Below, one piece after another: positions 1 to 8,515 of a stretch of 64,000 bases of DNA. The notes beneath the pieces are model-generated. The model was not told the DNA's origin. It saw only the letters and a list, made by a program, of their open reading frames with translations, and did no database searches. This DNA is from an uncultured Myxococcales bacterium (GTDB lineage: Bacteria; Myxococcota_A; UBA9042; DTJE01). Position 1 is the first letter of the stretch, and every line of letters begins with the position of its first letter. The translations under genes and the position numbers were made by a program. The stretch lies in the NCBI GenBank assembly GCA_903857665.1, contig CAIOFV010000106.1:12027-76026 (forward strand), given 5' to 3'.

Positions 1-312
1 ATGGCCGCGCTGAACCGGCAGGACCCGCTGCTGGACATCGCCCAGGAACTGGAGGCGAAGGCCCTGGCGGACCCATACTTCCAGGAACGGAACCTGTACC
101 CGAACGTAGACTTCTACACGGGCCTCACGTACCGGCAGATGGGCATCCCGACCGACATGCTGACCGTGATGTTCGCCATCGGGCGCCTGCCCGGGTGGAT
201 CGCGCAGTGGCTGGAGCTGCGGTCCGAAGGCGAGCCGAAGATCGCCCGTCCGCGGCAGATCTACACGGGCCCGGGGCTGCGCACCGTCGTGCCGATCGAA
301 GAGCGGCCGTAG
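1..312 (+). CDS. gltA: Citrate synthase, C-terminal part (gene begins upstream of the window)
   Basis: Contains [23 protein letters not shown] and [10 protein letters not shown], the C-terminal motifs of type II citrate synthase. Confidence 0.93.
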   Translation: MAALNRQDPLLDIAQELEAKALADPYFQERNLYPNVDFYTGLTYRQMGIPTDMLTVMFAIGRLPGWIAQWLELRSEGEPKIARPRQIYTGPGLRTVVPIEERP

Positions 313-368
313 CGCCCGATTCCCGGGAAGCGATCGACATCGACATCGACGGAAGACGAAGGCGACGG

Positions 369-998
369 TCAGGGGACGATGGTCCCGGTGGTGGCATCGA
401 CGACCTTGACGGCGCCGTCGGAAACGCGCGTGACGGCCCACTGGCCGGTCCGCACGTCCAGCGACAGGTTGTAGGAGGCCTCCACCGGGTCCTCGGGGAA
501 GGCGTCCTTGATCGCCCCATCCGAATCCACATCGGGGAACGCCTTGTCGTTGGTGGCGTCGCAGGCCATGCCGCCGCAGGTCCCCGCCACGACGCAGTCG
601 CACAGGTTCCGGGCCGCACAGATCCCGGCGGTCACGTCGAACTGCAGCACGTTGGCGGCATCGCAGTACGCCAGCGCCCAGCCCGACGAGGCGGTCGCTA
701 GGGGCTTGCCGTCGCGGCCGATGCCGGTGCCGGCAACGACGCCCGCCCAGCGCGCGCCGGTGCCATAGGCCGCCAGGGCCACCCGGAGCAGCGCGTCCAC
801 CGCCGCCTTCGCCGTGCCGGACGGCAGGGTCGAGACTTCCGGACAGGCGTCCGTCGGGCGGGGGTCCGCGACAGCAGCGCAGGGGATCGGCGCGGTCACG
901 CCTTCGTTCGGGAGGTCCTGGCCCAGGCTGCCGAGGCTGCTGCTGCACGCCAGGGCCAGCAGGGGCAGGAAGCAGGGCCACGCGGACGAACGATGCAT
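369..998 (-). CDS. Hypothetical Cys-rich lipoprotein (209 aa)
   Basis: ATG at 998 follows GGAGG and lies within track ORF 369..1241. The N-terminus MHRSSAWPCFLPLLALACSSS looks like a lipoprotein signal peptide. Several paired Cys; no recognised domain. Confidence 0.62.
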   Translation of the reverse strand: MHRSSAWPCFLPLLALACSSSLGSLGQDLPNEGVTAPIPCAAVADPRPTDACPEVSTLPSGTAKAAVDALLRVALAAYGTGARWAGVVAGTGIGRDGKPLATASSGWALAYCDAANVLQFDVTAGICAARNLCDCVVAGTCGGMACDATNDKAFPDVDSDGAIKDAFPEDPVEASYNLSLDVRTGQWAVTRVSDGAVKVVDATTGTIVP

Positions 999-1213
999 CG
1001 GATGCCTCCGGGTGCCGGGCCGCCTCGACTGCGGGCAGCCGCGATGGCGCCTACTGTCGGCCGGAAGGCGGCGGGTGTCAACCGCCGGCCGTCCGGGCGC
1101 GAAGGCGCGGGCGACGGGTTCCTTCAGCGGGCGGCGGCCGATGGGAAGCCCCGGCGGCCGATCGAACACCCCTCCCCCCATGCATCGCACCTTCCGATCC
1201 TGGAAGCCCGGTG

Positions 1214-1233
1214 TAGAATCCCGGCCGGATTCT
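1214..1233 (+). promoter_or_regulatory. Putative -10 (TAGAAT) overlapped by the palindrome AGAATCC-N5-GGATTCT
   Basis: Perfect 7-bp inverted repeat about 20 bp upstream of the GH31 start codon. Confidence 0.35.
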
Positions 1234-1252
1234 TGCCGCAAGGAGGGACGCC

Positions 1253-3643
1253 GTGGACACGATCACGAAACTGAAGGGGCTGTCGTACCTGGGCATGCGC
1301 ACGATCCTGCGGACCGTGAAGTACGCCCTGTACCGCGACCGCCTGGACCGGAAATACGAGGCGAAGCGGTCGCACGCGCGGGCGAAGGTGGGGCGCCTGC
1401 TGGAGACCGTGCCGACGGCCGGCGGCCTGGACGCGAAGTTCCAGGACGCCACGCTGGAGATCCGCTTCCTGGCGCCCGACCTGGCGAGGGTGACCTGGCA
1501 ACCCGGCGTGCTGCCCGTGCCGTACGCCATCGCGCGTACGGAGTGGCCGGCCGTGCAGGTGGACTGGGTCCCGGCCGCGGACGGCGGGGGCCGCCTGTCG
1601 ACGTCGGCACTCGACGTGACGATCGGCGCCGACGGGTCGCTGTCGTTCGCCGAGCCCGGTCAGCCGCCGCTGCGCCGGGACGCGCCTCCGGAGCGCGTCG
1701 GCGATGGCTGGGCGTCGGTGGCCACGCTGGATCCGACCGAGCGCATCCACGGGCTGGGCTTTCGCACGCACGCGTTCGACCTGCGGGGCGGCGAGTACGG
1801 CTTCTGGAACACGGAACCTATGGGCGCCTACGGCCCGGACAGCGACCCGCTGTACGTGAACCTGCCGGTGTGGCTGAGCCTGAGGGACCACGGCAACGTG
1901 CTGGTGTTCTTCGAGAACAGCTTCCGGGGTCGGGCCGCGTTCAAGGACGCGCAGGAGATCCATTTCGAGGGCGGCGCGCTAAGGTACTACGTGATCCCCG
2001 GGCAATTGGCCGGCATGTACGACCGCTTCAGCGAGTTGACCGGCCGCCCGAACCTGCCGCCGCTGTGGGCGCTGGGCTTCCACCAGTGCCGCTGGTCGTA
2101 CCTGGACGAGGCCGAGGTCCGCGAGGTGGCGGACGGGTTCAAGGCCAACGACCTGCCGCTGTCGTCGATCCACCTGGACATCCACTACATGGACGGCCAC
2201 CGGGTGTTCACGGTGGACAAGGCGCGGTTCCCGGACCTGAAGGGACTGTGCGACGACCTGCTGAAGCGGGGCATCCGCATCGTGACGATCCTGGACCCGG
2301 GCGTGAAGAAGGACGAGGGCTTCGACGTGTACAAGGCCGGCAAGGAGGCGGGCGTGTTCTGCACGCTGCCCGACGGCCGACTGTCGCACGCCGACGTATG
2401 GCCCGGCACCTGCGGCTTCCCCGACTTCACCGACCCGAAGTGCCGCGAGTGGTGGGCCGACCTGTACCCGCGCCTGCTGGACCAGGGCGTGACCGGCTTC
2501 TGGCACGACATGAACGAGCCCGCGGCGTTTTCCGCGTGGGGCACCTGCACGCTGCCGCTGGCGACCCGGCATTCGATGGACGGGCGCGGCGGCGACCACC
2601 TGGAAGGCCACAACCTGTACGGGATGCTGGAGGACCGCGCCGGGTTCGAGGCGGTGGCGAAGCACCGCCCCGACCAGCGGCCGTGGCTGCTGTCGCGGTC
2701 GGGCTGGGTCGGCCTGCCGCGGTACGCGTGGCACTGGACCGGCGATTCGGAAAGCAACTGGTGGACGTTGCGGCAGACTCTGCGGATCGCGATGTCGCTG
2801 GGCCTGTCGGGGCTGCCGTACACCGGGTCGGACATCGGCGGGTTCGGCGGGATCATGCCGCAGACCGAATTGATGGTCCGCTGGTTCCAGGCGCAGGCGT
2901 TCCTGCCGTTCTTCCGGATCCACTCGGCGTTCTTCACCAAGCGGCGCGAACCCTGGTGCTTCGGCGACGAAGCCCTGGGGATCCTGCGCGAGGCGCTGAA
3001 GCTGCGGTACGCGATGCTGCCGTACTGGTACACGCTGGCGTGGCAGGCCCACACGACGGGCACGCCGCTGGTGCGTCCGCTGTTCTGGATGGACCCGGCC
3101 GACACCAGCCTGCAGACCGTGGACGACGCGTTCCTGCTGGGCGACGCGCTGCTGGTGGCGCCCGCGATCGAGGAAGGCGTGACGGCGCGCCGGGTCCGGC
3201 TGCCCGCGGGCCGGTGGTTCGCGATGGACGACGAGGAGGCCTTCACCGGCGGCCGCGAGGTGATCGCCAGCGCCCCGTTGACCCGCATCCCGGTGTTCGC
3301 GCGGGCCGGCGCTGTGGTGCCGATGGACGAGGCCGGGCGCACGACGCTGCACCTGTGGGCGCCCGCGGCGGACGGCGCGGCCCCGGGCGGGGCGCTGTAT
3401 TCCGACGAGGGCGACGGCCACGGCCCGTGGCGGCACGAGCGGTACGCGGTGACGCTGGCCGACGGGGCGATCCAGTTGGCCCGCACGGTGGATGGCGACT
3501 ACTCCGAGCCCGCCGGCGGCCTGGTGCTGCGCCTGCGGGGCGCGGCGGCGGCGGGCGCGACCGTAGACGGCATCGACCTCCCGGGCGCAGGCCCGTGGAC
3601 GCTGCCGATCGGGTGGAAGAACGTCCGGATCACGCCCGCCTGA
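1253..3643 (+). CDS. Glycoside hydrolase family 31 (alpha-glucosidase-like)
   Basis: WHDMNEP nucleophile motif, WTGD acid/base, GFHQCRWSY, GSDIGGF and RRERW-like RREPW; GGAGG RBS before the GTG. Confidence 0.93.
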   Translation: MDTITKLKGLSYLGMRTILRTVKYALYRDRLDRKYEAKRSHARAKVGRLLETVPTAGGLDAKFQDATLEIRFLAPDLARVTWQPGVLPVPYAIARTEWPAVQVDWVPAADGGGRLSTSALDVTIGADGSLSFAEPGQPPLRRDAPPERVGDGWASVATLDPTERIHGLGFRTHAFDLRGGEYGFWNTEPMGAYGPDSDPLYVNLPVWLSLRDHGNVLVFFENSFRGRAAFKDAQEIHFEGGALRYYVIPGQLAGMYDRFSELTGRPNLPPLWALGFHQCRWSYLDEAEVREVADGFKANDLPLSSIHLDIHYMDGHRVFTVDKARFPDLKGLCDDLLKRGIRIVTILDPGVKKDEGFDVYKAGKEAGVFCTLPDGRLSHADVWPGTCGFPDFTDPKCREWWADLYPRLLDQGVTGFWHDMNEPAAFSAWGTCTLPLATRHSMDGRGGDHLEGHNLYGMLEDRAGFEAVAKHRPDQRPWLLSRSGWVGLPRYAWHWTGDSESNWWTLRQTLRIAMSLGLSGLPYTGSDIGGFGGIMPQTELMVRWFQAQAFLPFFRIHSAFFTKRREPWCFGDEALGILREALKLRYAMLPYWYTLAWQAHTTGTPLVRPLFWMDPADTSLQTVDDAFLLGDALLVAPAIEEGVTARRVRLPAGRWFAMDDEEAFTGGREVIASAPLTRIPVFARAGAVVPMDEAGRTTLHLWAPAADGAAPGGALYSDEGDGHGPWRHERYAVTLADGAIQLARTVDGDYSEPAGGLVLRLRGAAAAGATVDGIDLPGAGPWTLPIGWKNVRITPA

Positions 3644-3722
3644 CGCGCGACGAGGGCGCGCGACGGATTGCATTTGTCGTCGATTCGCTGAACGATATCC
3701 GCGACCCACTCGAGCGGGCTTC

Positions 3723-4925
3723 GTGAGCGTGAAACAGTCCTGGGTCGTCATGCTGCTGATGACGGCCTGCGGTCCCTGCCAGGACGCGATCGCGGTCGGG
3801 CCCGGGTTCACCGACGTGTCCCCCCGGCAGTTGGCGCGATCGCTGGCCGGCACCCTGTATATCGTCATCCCCACCTGCGACCGGTTTCCCGACTGTCCCG
3901 GGGCCCGCCTGCGGGCCTACCGGGGCACGGAGGCGCCGGGCGCGAAGGGCTACCTGCTGCTGGACCCGCAGCATGCGCCCGGCGACGGCGCCGGCTCGAC
4001 CGCCATCGCTCAGGACGCCGACGGACGGATCCGCGTGCTGTGGAACACGCGGGACGGACGCGCCCGCACGGCGACCATCGACACGGCCACCGACCGCTGG
4101 TCGGACGTGACGGATCTGGAGCCTACCGACTGGACCGACTTCGGCCAGGGGGACCAGGGCGTCGCGCTGGCGGTGGACGCCGCAGGCCGCTCCCACGCGG
4201 TCTGGAACCGCCGCATCGAGGGGCACCTCCGCATCCGGTACGCGATGCTGGACCGCGCGATGCCGGATGGCGCCGCCGCGTGGTCCGCGCCCGTGACCAT
4301 CGACGACGTCGCGCCGGGGGACCGCCGCAACGCCTGGCACCCCACGCTGGCGTTCGCGCCGGACGGGAGCCTGTGGCTGTCCTGGCTGGAGGGCAGCACC
4401 AACTACGTGGGCGACGGGATCATCCGTGTCCGCATGCGCGCCCCGGACGGCGGATGGGCCCCTTCGGAGGCGATCCCGGACGCGGCGATGACCGCCATCG
4501 ACAACGGCCCTTCGATGCTGGTCACGGGCGACGGCGTGGCGCACCTGTCCTTCGTCGATACCGGCAACATCGTGAAGTACTGGTACCACGACGCGGCGGG
4601 GTGGCACGGCGACCGACAGCCGCCGTCCACCCGCACGCACAACCCGGCCCTCGGCCCCGACGGCGAGGGGGGCGTGCGGTTGTATGCCCACGGGACGGTC
4701 CCGGAGGGCGACCTGGCGGGCCACGGCGACGACCTGTTCGTGATGCGCCTGGCCGCGGGACGGGATGCCTGGGGTCGGTGGACGCGGATCGCGAAGGGCA
4801 GCCTGGACTGCTCGGTAGCGGTGCGCTGGGCCCAGTTCCACGAACCCTGGCCCGGGCTGCTGGACTGGGCCTTCTGGAACGACGCCTACCCGAACGACCT
4901 GTGGGTCGGCACCGACACGCCATGA
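3723..4925 (+). CDS. Hypothetical secreted/lipoprotein, probable beta-propeller (BNR/sialidase-like repeats)
   Basis: Signal-like N-terminus (VVMLLMTAC) and repeated xLAxDxxGxxHxxW blades (LAVDAAGRSHAVW, LAFAPDGSLWLSW, LVTGDGVAHLSF). Confidence 0.6.
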   Translation: MSVKQSWVVMLLMTACGPCQDAIAVGPGFTDVSPRQLARSLAGTLYIVIPTCDRFPDCPGARLRAYRGTEAPGAKGYLLLDPQHAPGDGAGSTAIAQDADGRIRVLWNTRDGRARTATIDTATDRWSDVTDLEPTDWTDFGQGDQGVALAVDAAGRSHAVWNRRIEGHLRIRYAMLDRAMPDGAAAWSAPVTIDDVAPGDRRNAWHPTLAFAPDGSLWLSWLEGSTNYVGDGIIRVRMRAPDGGWAPSEAIPDAAMTAIDNGPSMLVTGDGVAHLSFVDTGNIVKYWYHDAAGWHGDRQPPSTRTHNPALGPDGEGGVRLYAHGTVPEGDLAGHGDDLFVMRLAAGRDAWGRWTRIAKGSLDCSVAVRWAQFHEPWPGLLDWAFWNDAYPNDLWVGTDTP

Positions 4926-4999
4926 GCCGCCCGGGCACGCGGTGAGCCGCCCGGATACGCCGGGACCCTCGGGGGCACGTGGTGAGCCGCACGGACACG
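4923..4999. repeat. Three direct repeats TGAGCCGC(C/A)CGG(G/A)(C/T)ACG starting at 4923, 4943 and 4983
   Basis: Seen directly; the starts are in a 20-bp register, in the intergenic region upstream of cysK. Confidence 0.6.
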
Positions 5000-5078
5000 A
5001 GCGCGCCGGCGCCGTCGCCTTTTCATCCCCCCGTCTTTCGGGTAGATTTCGCGCGCAACCATCAGGGGATCGCCCGCG

Positions 5079-5996
5079 ATGCAAAGCCCCAGTGACGCCC
5101 GTCGCCATCCGTCGGTGCTCGACCTGATCGGCAACACGCCGATGGTCCCGATCCGCCACATGAATCCGAACCCGCGCGTCGAGGTGTGGGCCAAGGTCGA
5201 AGGCTACAATCCCGGCGGGTCCATCAAGGACCGCATCGCGCTGTCCATGATCGAGGACGCCGAGGCGTCGGGCCGGCTGCAGCCGGGAATGACGATCCTG
5301 GAGGCCACGTCCGGCAACACGGGCATCGGGCTGGCGCTGGTGTCCGCGGTGAAGGGCTACAAGTTGATGCTGGCGATGTCGGAAGGCGTGTCGATCGAAC
5401 GACGCAAGATCCTGGCCGCCTACGGCGCCGAGTTCCAATTGACGCCCGGCCACATGGGCACCGACGGCGCGATCGAGCGGGTGTACGGGCTGGCCGACCA
5501 GGAGCCGGACCGGTGGCTGCTGATCGACCAGTACAACAACCCGGCGAATCCCCTGGCGCACGTCAAGGGCACCGGGCCCGAGATCTGGCGCCAGACCGAG
5601 GGCCGCGTCACGCACCTGGTCGCGGCGCTGGGCACCACCGGGACCGTGATGGGCTGCTCGACGGCGCTGAAGCAGTTCAACCCGGCCATCCGGGTGACGG
5701 CGGTCGAGCCGTACCTGGGGCACAAGATCCAGGGCCTGAAGAGCCTGAAGGAGGCGTACGTGCCGGGCATCTTCGACCGCAAGCTGGTCGATGAGAAGGT
5801 CAACGTCGCCGACGAGGACGCGTTCGCGACCTGCCGGCGGGCGCCGCGCGAGGAAGGCCTGCTGGTGGGCATGAGCAGCGGCGCGGCCCTGTTCGCGGCG
5901 ATGGACCTGGCGTCGAGGCTGGAGGAAGGCGTGATCGTGGTGATCCTGCCGGACTTCGGCGAGCGCTACCTGTCGACGACCCTCTTCACGGCGTGA
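5079..5996 (+). CDS. cysK: Cysteine synthase (PLP-dependent, CysK/CysM family)
   Basis: LIGNTPMV, NPGGSIKDR (PLP Lys), EATSGNTGIG, GTTGT, ILPDFGERYLS. Confidence 0.92.
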   Translation: MQSPSDARRHPSVLDLIGNTPMVPIRHMNPNPRVEVWAKVEGYNPGGSIKDRIALSMIEDAEASGRLQPGMTILEATSGNTGIGLALVSAVKGYKLMLAMSEGVSIERRKILAAYGAEFQLTPGHMGTDGAIERVYGLADQEPDRWLLIDQYNNPANPLAHVKGTGPEIWRQTEGRVTHLVAALGTTGTVMGCSTALKQFNPAIRVTAVEPYLGHKIQGLKSLKEAYVPGIFDRKLVDEKVNVADEDAFATCRRAPREEGLLVGMSSGAALFAAMDLASRLEEGVIVVILPDFGERYLSTTLFTA

Positions 5997-6000
5997 CGCG

Positions 6001-7407
6001 ATGCTGCGGCTGCACAACACCCTGACCCGACGCAAGGAATGGTTCCGCCCCGAGGTCGAGGGCAAGGTGGGCATCTACACCTGCGGCCCCACGCTGCACG
6101 ACCACGCCCACGTCGGGCTGATCCGGCGCCTGCTGACCGTCGATCTGCTGAAGCGCCTGCTGATGCACGAGGGCTACCAGGTCCGGCACATCGTCAACCT
6201 GACGGACGTGGACGACAAGACGATCGCCGAGTCCGCGCGGCGCGGGGTCCGGCTGGACGAATTGACCGGGCAGTACGCGGCGGAATTCTTCCAGGACGTG
6301 GCCACGCTGCGGATGTTCCCGGCCGACCACTACCCGCGCGCCACCGAGCACGTCGCTGACATGATCGCGCTGACGAAGGCGCTGGTGGACAAGGGCCTGG
6401 CCTACGAGCGGCAGCGGTCGGTCTACTACGACATCAGCCGCTTCCCGGGGTACGGGCGCCTCAGCAAGGTGGACCTGAAGGGCGTGAAGGCCGGCGCGAC
6501 GGTCGATCTGGACTACTACGAAAAGGACCATCCCGGCGACTTCACCGTGATGCGGCGGTCCGACCTGGGCGAATTGCGGCGGCGCATCTCCTGGGCGACG
6601 GACTGGGGCCAGGTGCGCCCCGGATGGCACATCGAGTGCGCGGCCATGGCCCGCAAGTACCTGGGTGACACGTTCGACATCCACACCAGCGGGCAGGACC
6701 TGGCCTTCCCGCACAACGAGAACGAAAACGCGCTGTGCGAGGGCCTGACCGGCAAGCCCATGGCCCGGTACTGGCTGCATTCGGGCCTGATCCTGCGCGA
6801 CGGCAGGAAGATGTCCCGGTCCGCGGGATCGGCGTTGACCCTTCGCGACCTGGTCGACCGGGGATACACGGGCAGCGAGGTGCGCTGGTTCCTGCTGGGC
6901 GCCCCGTACCGGCGGCCCCTGGACTTCACCTTCGACGGGCTGGACAACGCCCGGCGGGAACTGTCGCGACTGAACGAACTGATCCGCAGCCTGCGGCAGG
7001 TGCGCCGCGACGAGGGTCCGCGCAAGGAACTGGACGACGCGGTCGTGAAGACCGACCGCGAGTTCTTCGCGGCCCTGCGGGACGACATGAACCTGACGCG
7101 GGCGCGGGCTGCGCTGCTGGACCTGGTGCGGGTCGCCAACGCAAGCATCGCGGCGGAAACGGCCACCCGGTGCGACGCGCAACTGGTGCTGGATTTCCTG
7201 TACCGCGCCGACCGGGTGCTGGCGGTGATGGACTTTTCGGAAGAGCCGATCCCGGACGCCGAAGTGGACGCGCTGCTGGCCGAACGCGACGCAGCGCGTC
7301 AAGCCGGGGATTACACCCGGGCGGACGAATTGCGGTCGGCGCTGGCCTCCCTCGGGGTCGGGATCGATGACACACCGGGGGGTGCGAGGATCCGGCGGCG
7401 CGGATGA
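6001..7407 (+). CDS. cysS: Cysteinyl-tRNA synthetase, divergent
   Basis: NTLTR, YTCGPT, RPGWHIEC, DLAFPHNENE, KMSRS and a C-terminal anticodon-binding helix (ARQ...AD.LR). The HIGH motif reads HVGL. Confidence 0.88.
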   Translation: MLRLHNTLTRRKEWFRPEVEGKVGIYTCGPTLHDHAHVGLIRRLLTVDLLKRLLMHEGYQVRHIVNLTDVDDKTIAESARRGVRLDELTGQYAAEFFQDVATLRMFPADHYPRATEHVADMIALTKALVDKGLAYERQRSVYYDISRFPGYGRLSKVDLKGVKAGATVDLDYYEKDHPGDFTVMRRSDLGELRRRISWATDWGQVRPGWHIECAAMARKYLGDTFDIHTSGQDLAFPHNENENALCEGLTGKPMARYWLHSGLILRDGRKMSRSAGSALTLRDLVDRGYTGSEVRWFLLGAPYRRPLDFTFDGLDNARRELSRLNELIRSLRQVRRDEGPRKELDDAVVKTDREFFAALRDDMNLTRARAALLDLVRVANASIAAETATRCDAQLVLDFLYRADRVLAVMDFSEEPIPDAEVDALLAERDAARQAGDYTRADELRSALASLGVGIDDTPGGARIRRRG

Positions 7408-7458
7408 CCGGTCCGGGGCCGGTGTGGCCGGAGCGGCCACGGATGTAGAATCTTTCTT

Positions 7459-7554
7459 GCAACCGTTTGTATTTGTTGCGTCATTTTCAGACACGTCGGC
7501 TTGACACCCGGCTCATCCCCTGCGAATTTGAGACAGCACAAACAGGTGAGGAGG
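7459..7554 (+). promoter_or_regulatory. Putative promoter/operator of the small ORF: GCAAC-N11-GTTGC (7459-7479), TTGACA (7501-7506), RBS GAGGAGG (7548-7554)
   Basis: AT-rich patch within GC-rich DNA; the motifs are seen directly, but the -10 is not convincing. Confidence 0.45.
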
Positions 7555-7558
7555 CTCG

Positions 7559-7780
7559 ATGGCTCTGTGGCAGGATCCGAAGGTCGGAATCCCGGGGGAT
7601 GTCGTGGTTCGCCTGGCAACGGTCACGGCGGAGGTGACGCAGCGGATGGCGGAACTCGCCGTCAGCGGCGGGCTGGCGCTGCTGTCCATCGGGACCGGCC
7701 GCCTGATGCTCGATTCCGCGTACCGGGACCTGGGCGACGAAGCGAAGGAATCCACGGTTCACCACGATCTGGCCGCCTGA
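7559..7780 (+). CDS. Small hypothetical protein (73 aa) with a hydrophobic stretch
   Basis: Strong RBS 4 nt before the ATG; fills the gap between cysS and the convergent cyclase gene; no recognised domain. Confidence 0.5.
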   Translation: MALWQDPKVGIPGDVVVRLATVTAEVTQRMAELAVSGGLALLSIGTGRLMLDSAYRDLGDEAKESTVHHDLAA

Positions 7781-7782
7781 CG

Positions 7783-8415
7783 TCATCCACCGAACCGCAG
7801 CAGCACCCGCGAAGGCGCGCCGTCCCCGCCCAGGATGCGAAGGGGCAGGCAGGCCATCTGGCAGTCCCCCGGCGCCACGTCCGCCAGGTCCAGCCCCTCG
7901 ATCACCCAGATCCCTGCGCCCAGCAGGACGCGGTGCGTTTCGACGCCGTCCACGGGTCGCCCCACCGATAGCGAGTCCACGCCCACCAGGACCACGCCGC
8001 GCTGGACCAGAAAGCGCGCCGCGTCTGCGGTGAGGGCGACGTAGTCCATCGTGAACGGCCCGCGAAGGATCCGCCGGTCCGAATTCGACGTGCGCAGCAG
8101 CAGGCGCTCGCCCGGCCGCGGATCGACCGCGCGCAGGTCATCGACGTCCACGGCATGCGAGCGTGCGATCGCCACCACGCGGGCGGGCCCGATCATCACG
8201 TCCAGCGGGGCCGCGTCGATCGTCGCCCCGCCCGGCACGAAGTGCGCCGGCGCGTCCACGTGGGTGCCCGTGTGGCTGCACAGGCGCAGCGCTGACACCG
8301 TGGCCACGTCGCCCGCTTCGACCGATTCGACGACGTCCCGGCGGAATTCGGGGTCGCCGGGCCACGCGGCCATGCCCGCGTGCAGCGGCATCGAAACGTC
8401 GATCCAGGACGGCAT
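7783..8415 (-). CDS. Cyclase-family metal-dependent hydrolase (kynurenine formamidase-like)
   Basis: WPGDP, HTGTHVDAPAHF, GVDSLS, H.VLLG.GIWVIEGL, GGDGAPSR. ATG at 8415 follows GGAGG. Confidence 0.9.
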   Translation of the reverse strand: MPSWIDVSMPLHAGMAAWPGDPEFRRDVVESVEAGDVATVSALRLCSHTGTHVDAPAHFVPGGATIDAAPLDVMIGPARVVAIARSHAVDVDDLRAVDPRPGERLLLRTSNSDRRILRGPFTMDYVALTADAARFLVQRGVVLVGVDSLSVGRPVDGVETHRVLLGAGIWVIEGLDLADVAPGDCQMACLPLRILGGDGAPSRVLLRFGG

Positions 8416-8515
8416 GCGATCCACCTCCGGGGGATTCCATCTTCCCCAAACGACGCCCGGCGTGCAAGGATCCGGCGACGCGCGGGGGCGCGGGCGGCGC
8501 TCCCAGGAGGGATCG

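Noticed and set aside
330-348. ATCGAC x3 microsatellite after gltA
   Set aside because: Too short and GC-balanced to be meaningful on its own.
5994-6003. Selenocysteine or stop read-through at the cysK TGA
   Set aside because: cysS is in a different frame, so read-through would not fuse the genes, and no SECIS-like hairpin was seen. No in-frame TGA was needed in the hdr/flx/hyd genes either.
7424-7440. Intrinsic terminator after cysS (GTGGCCG-GAG-CGGCCAC)
   Set aside because: The hairpin is real, but no U-tract follows immediately, so it was not called.
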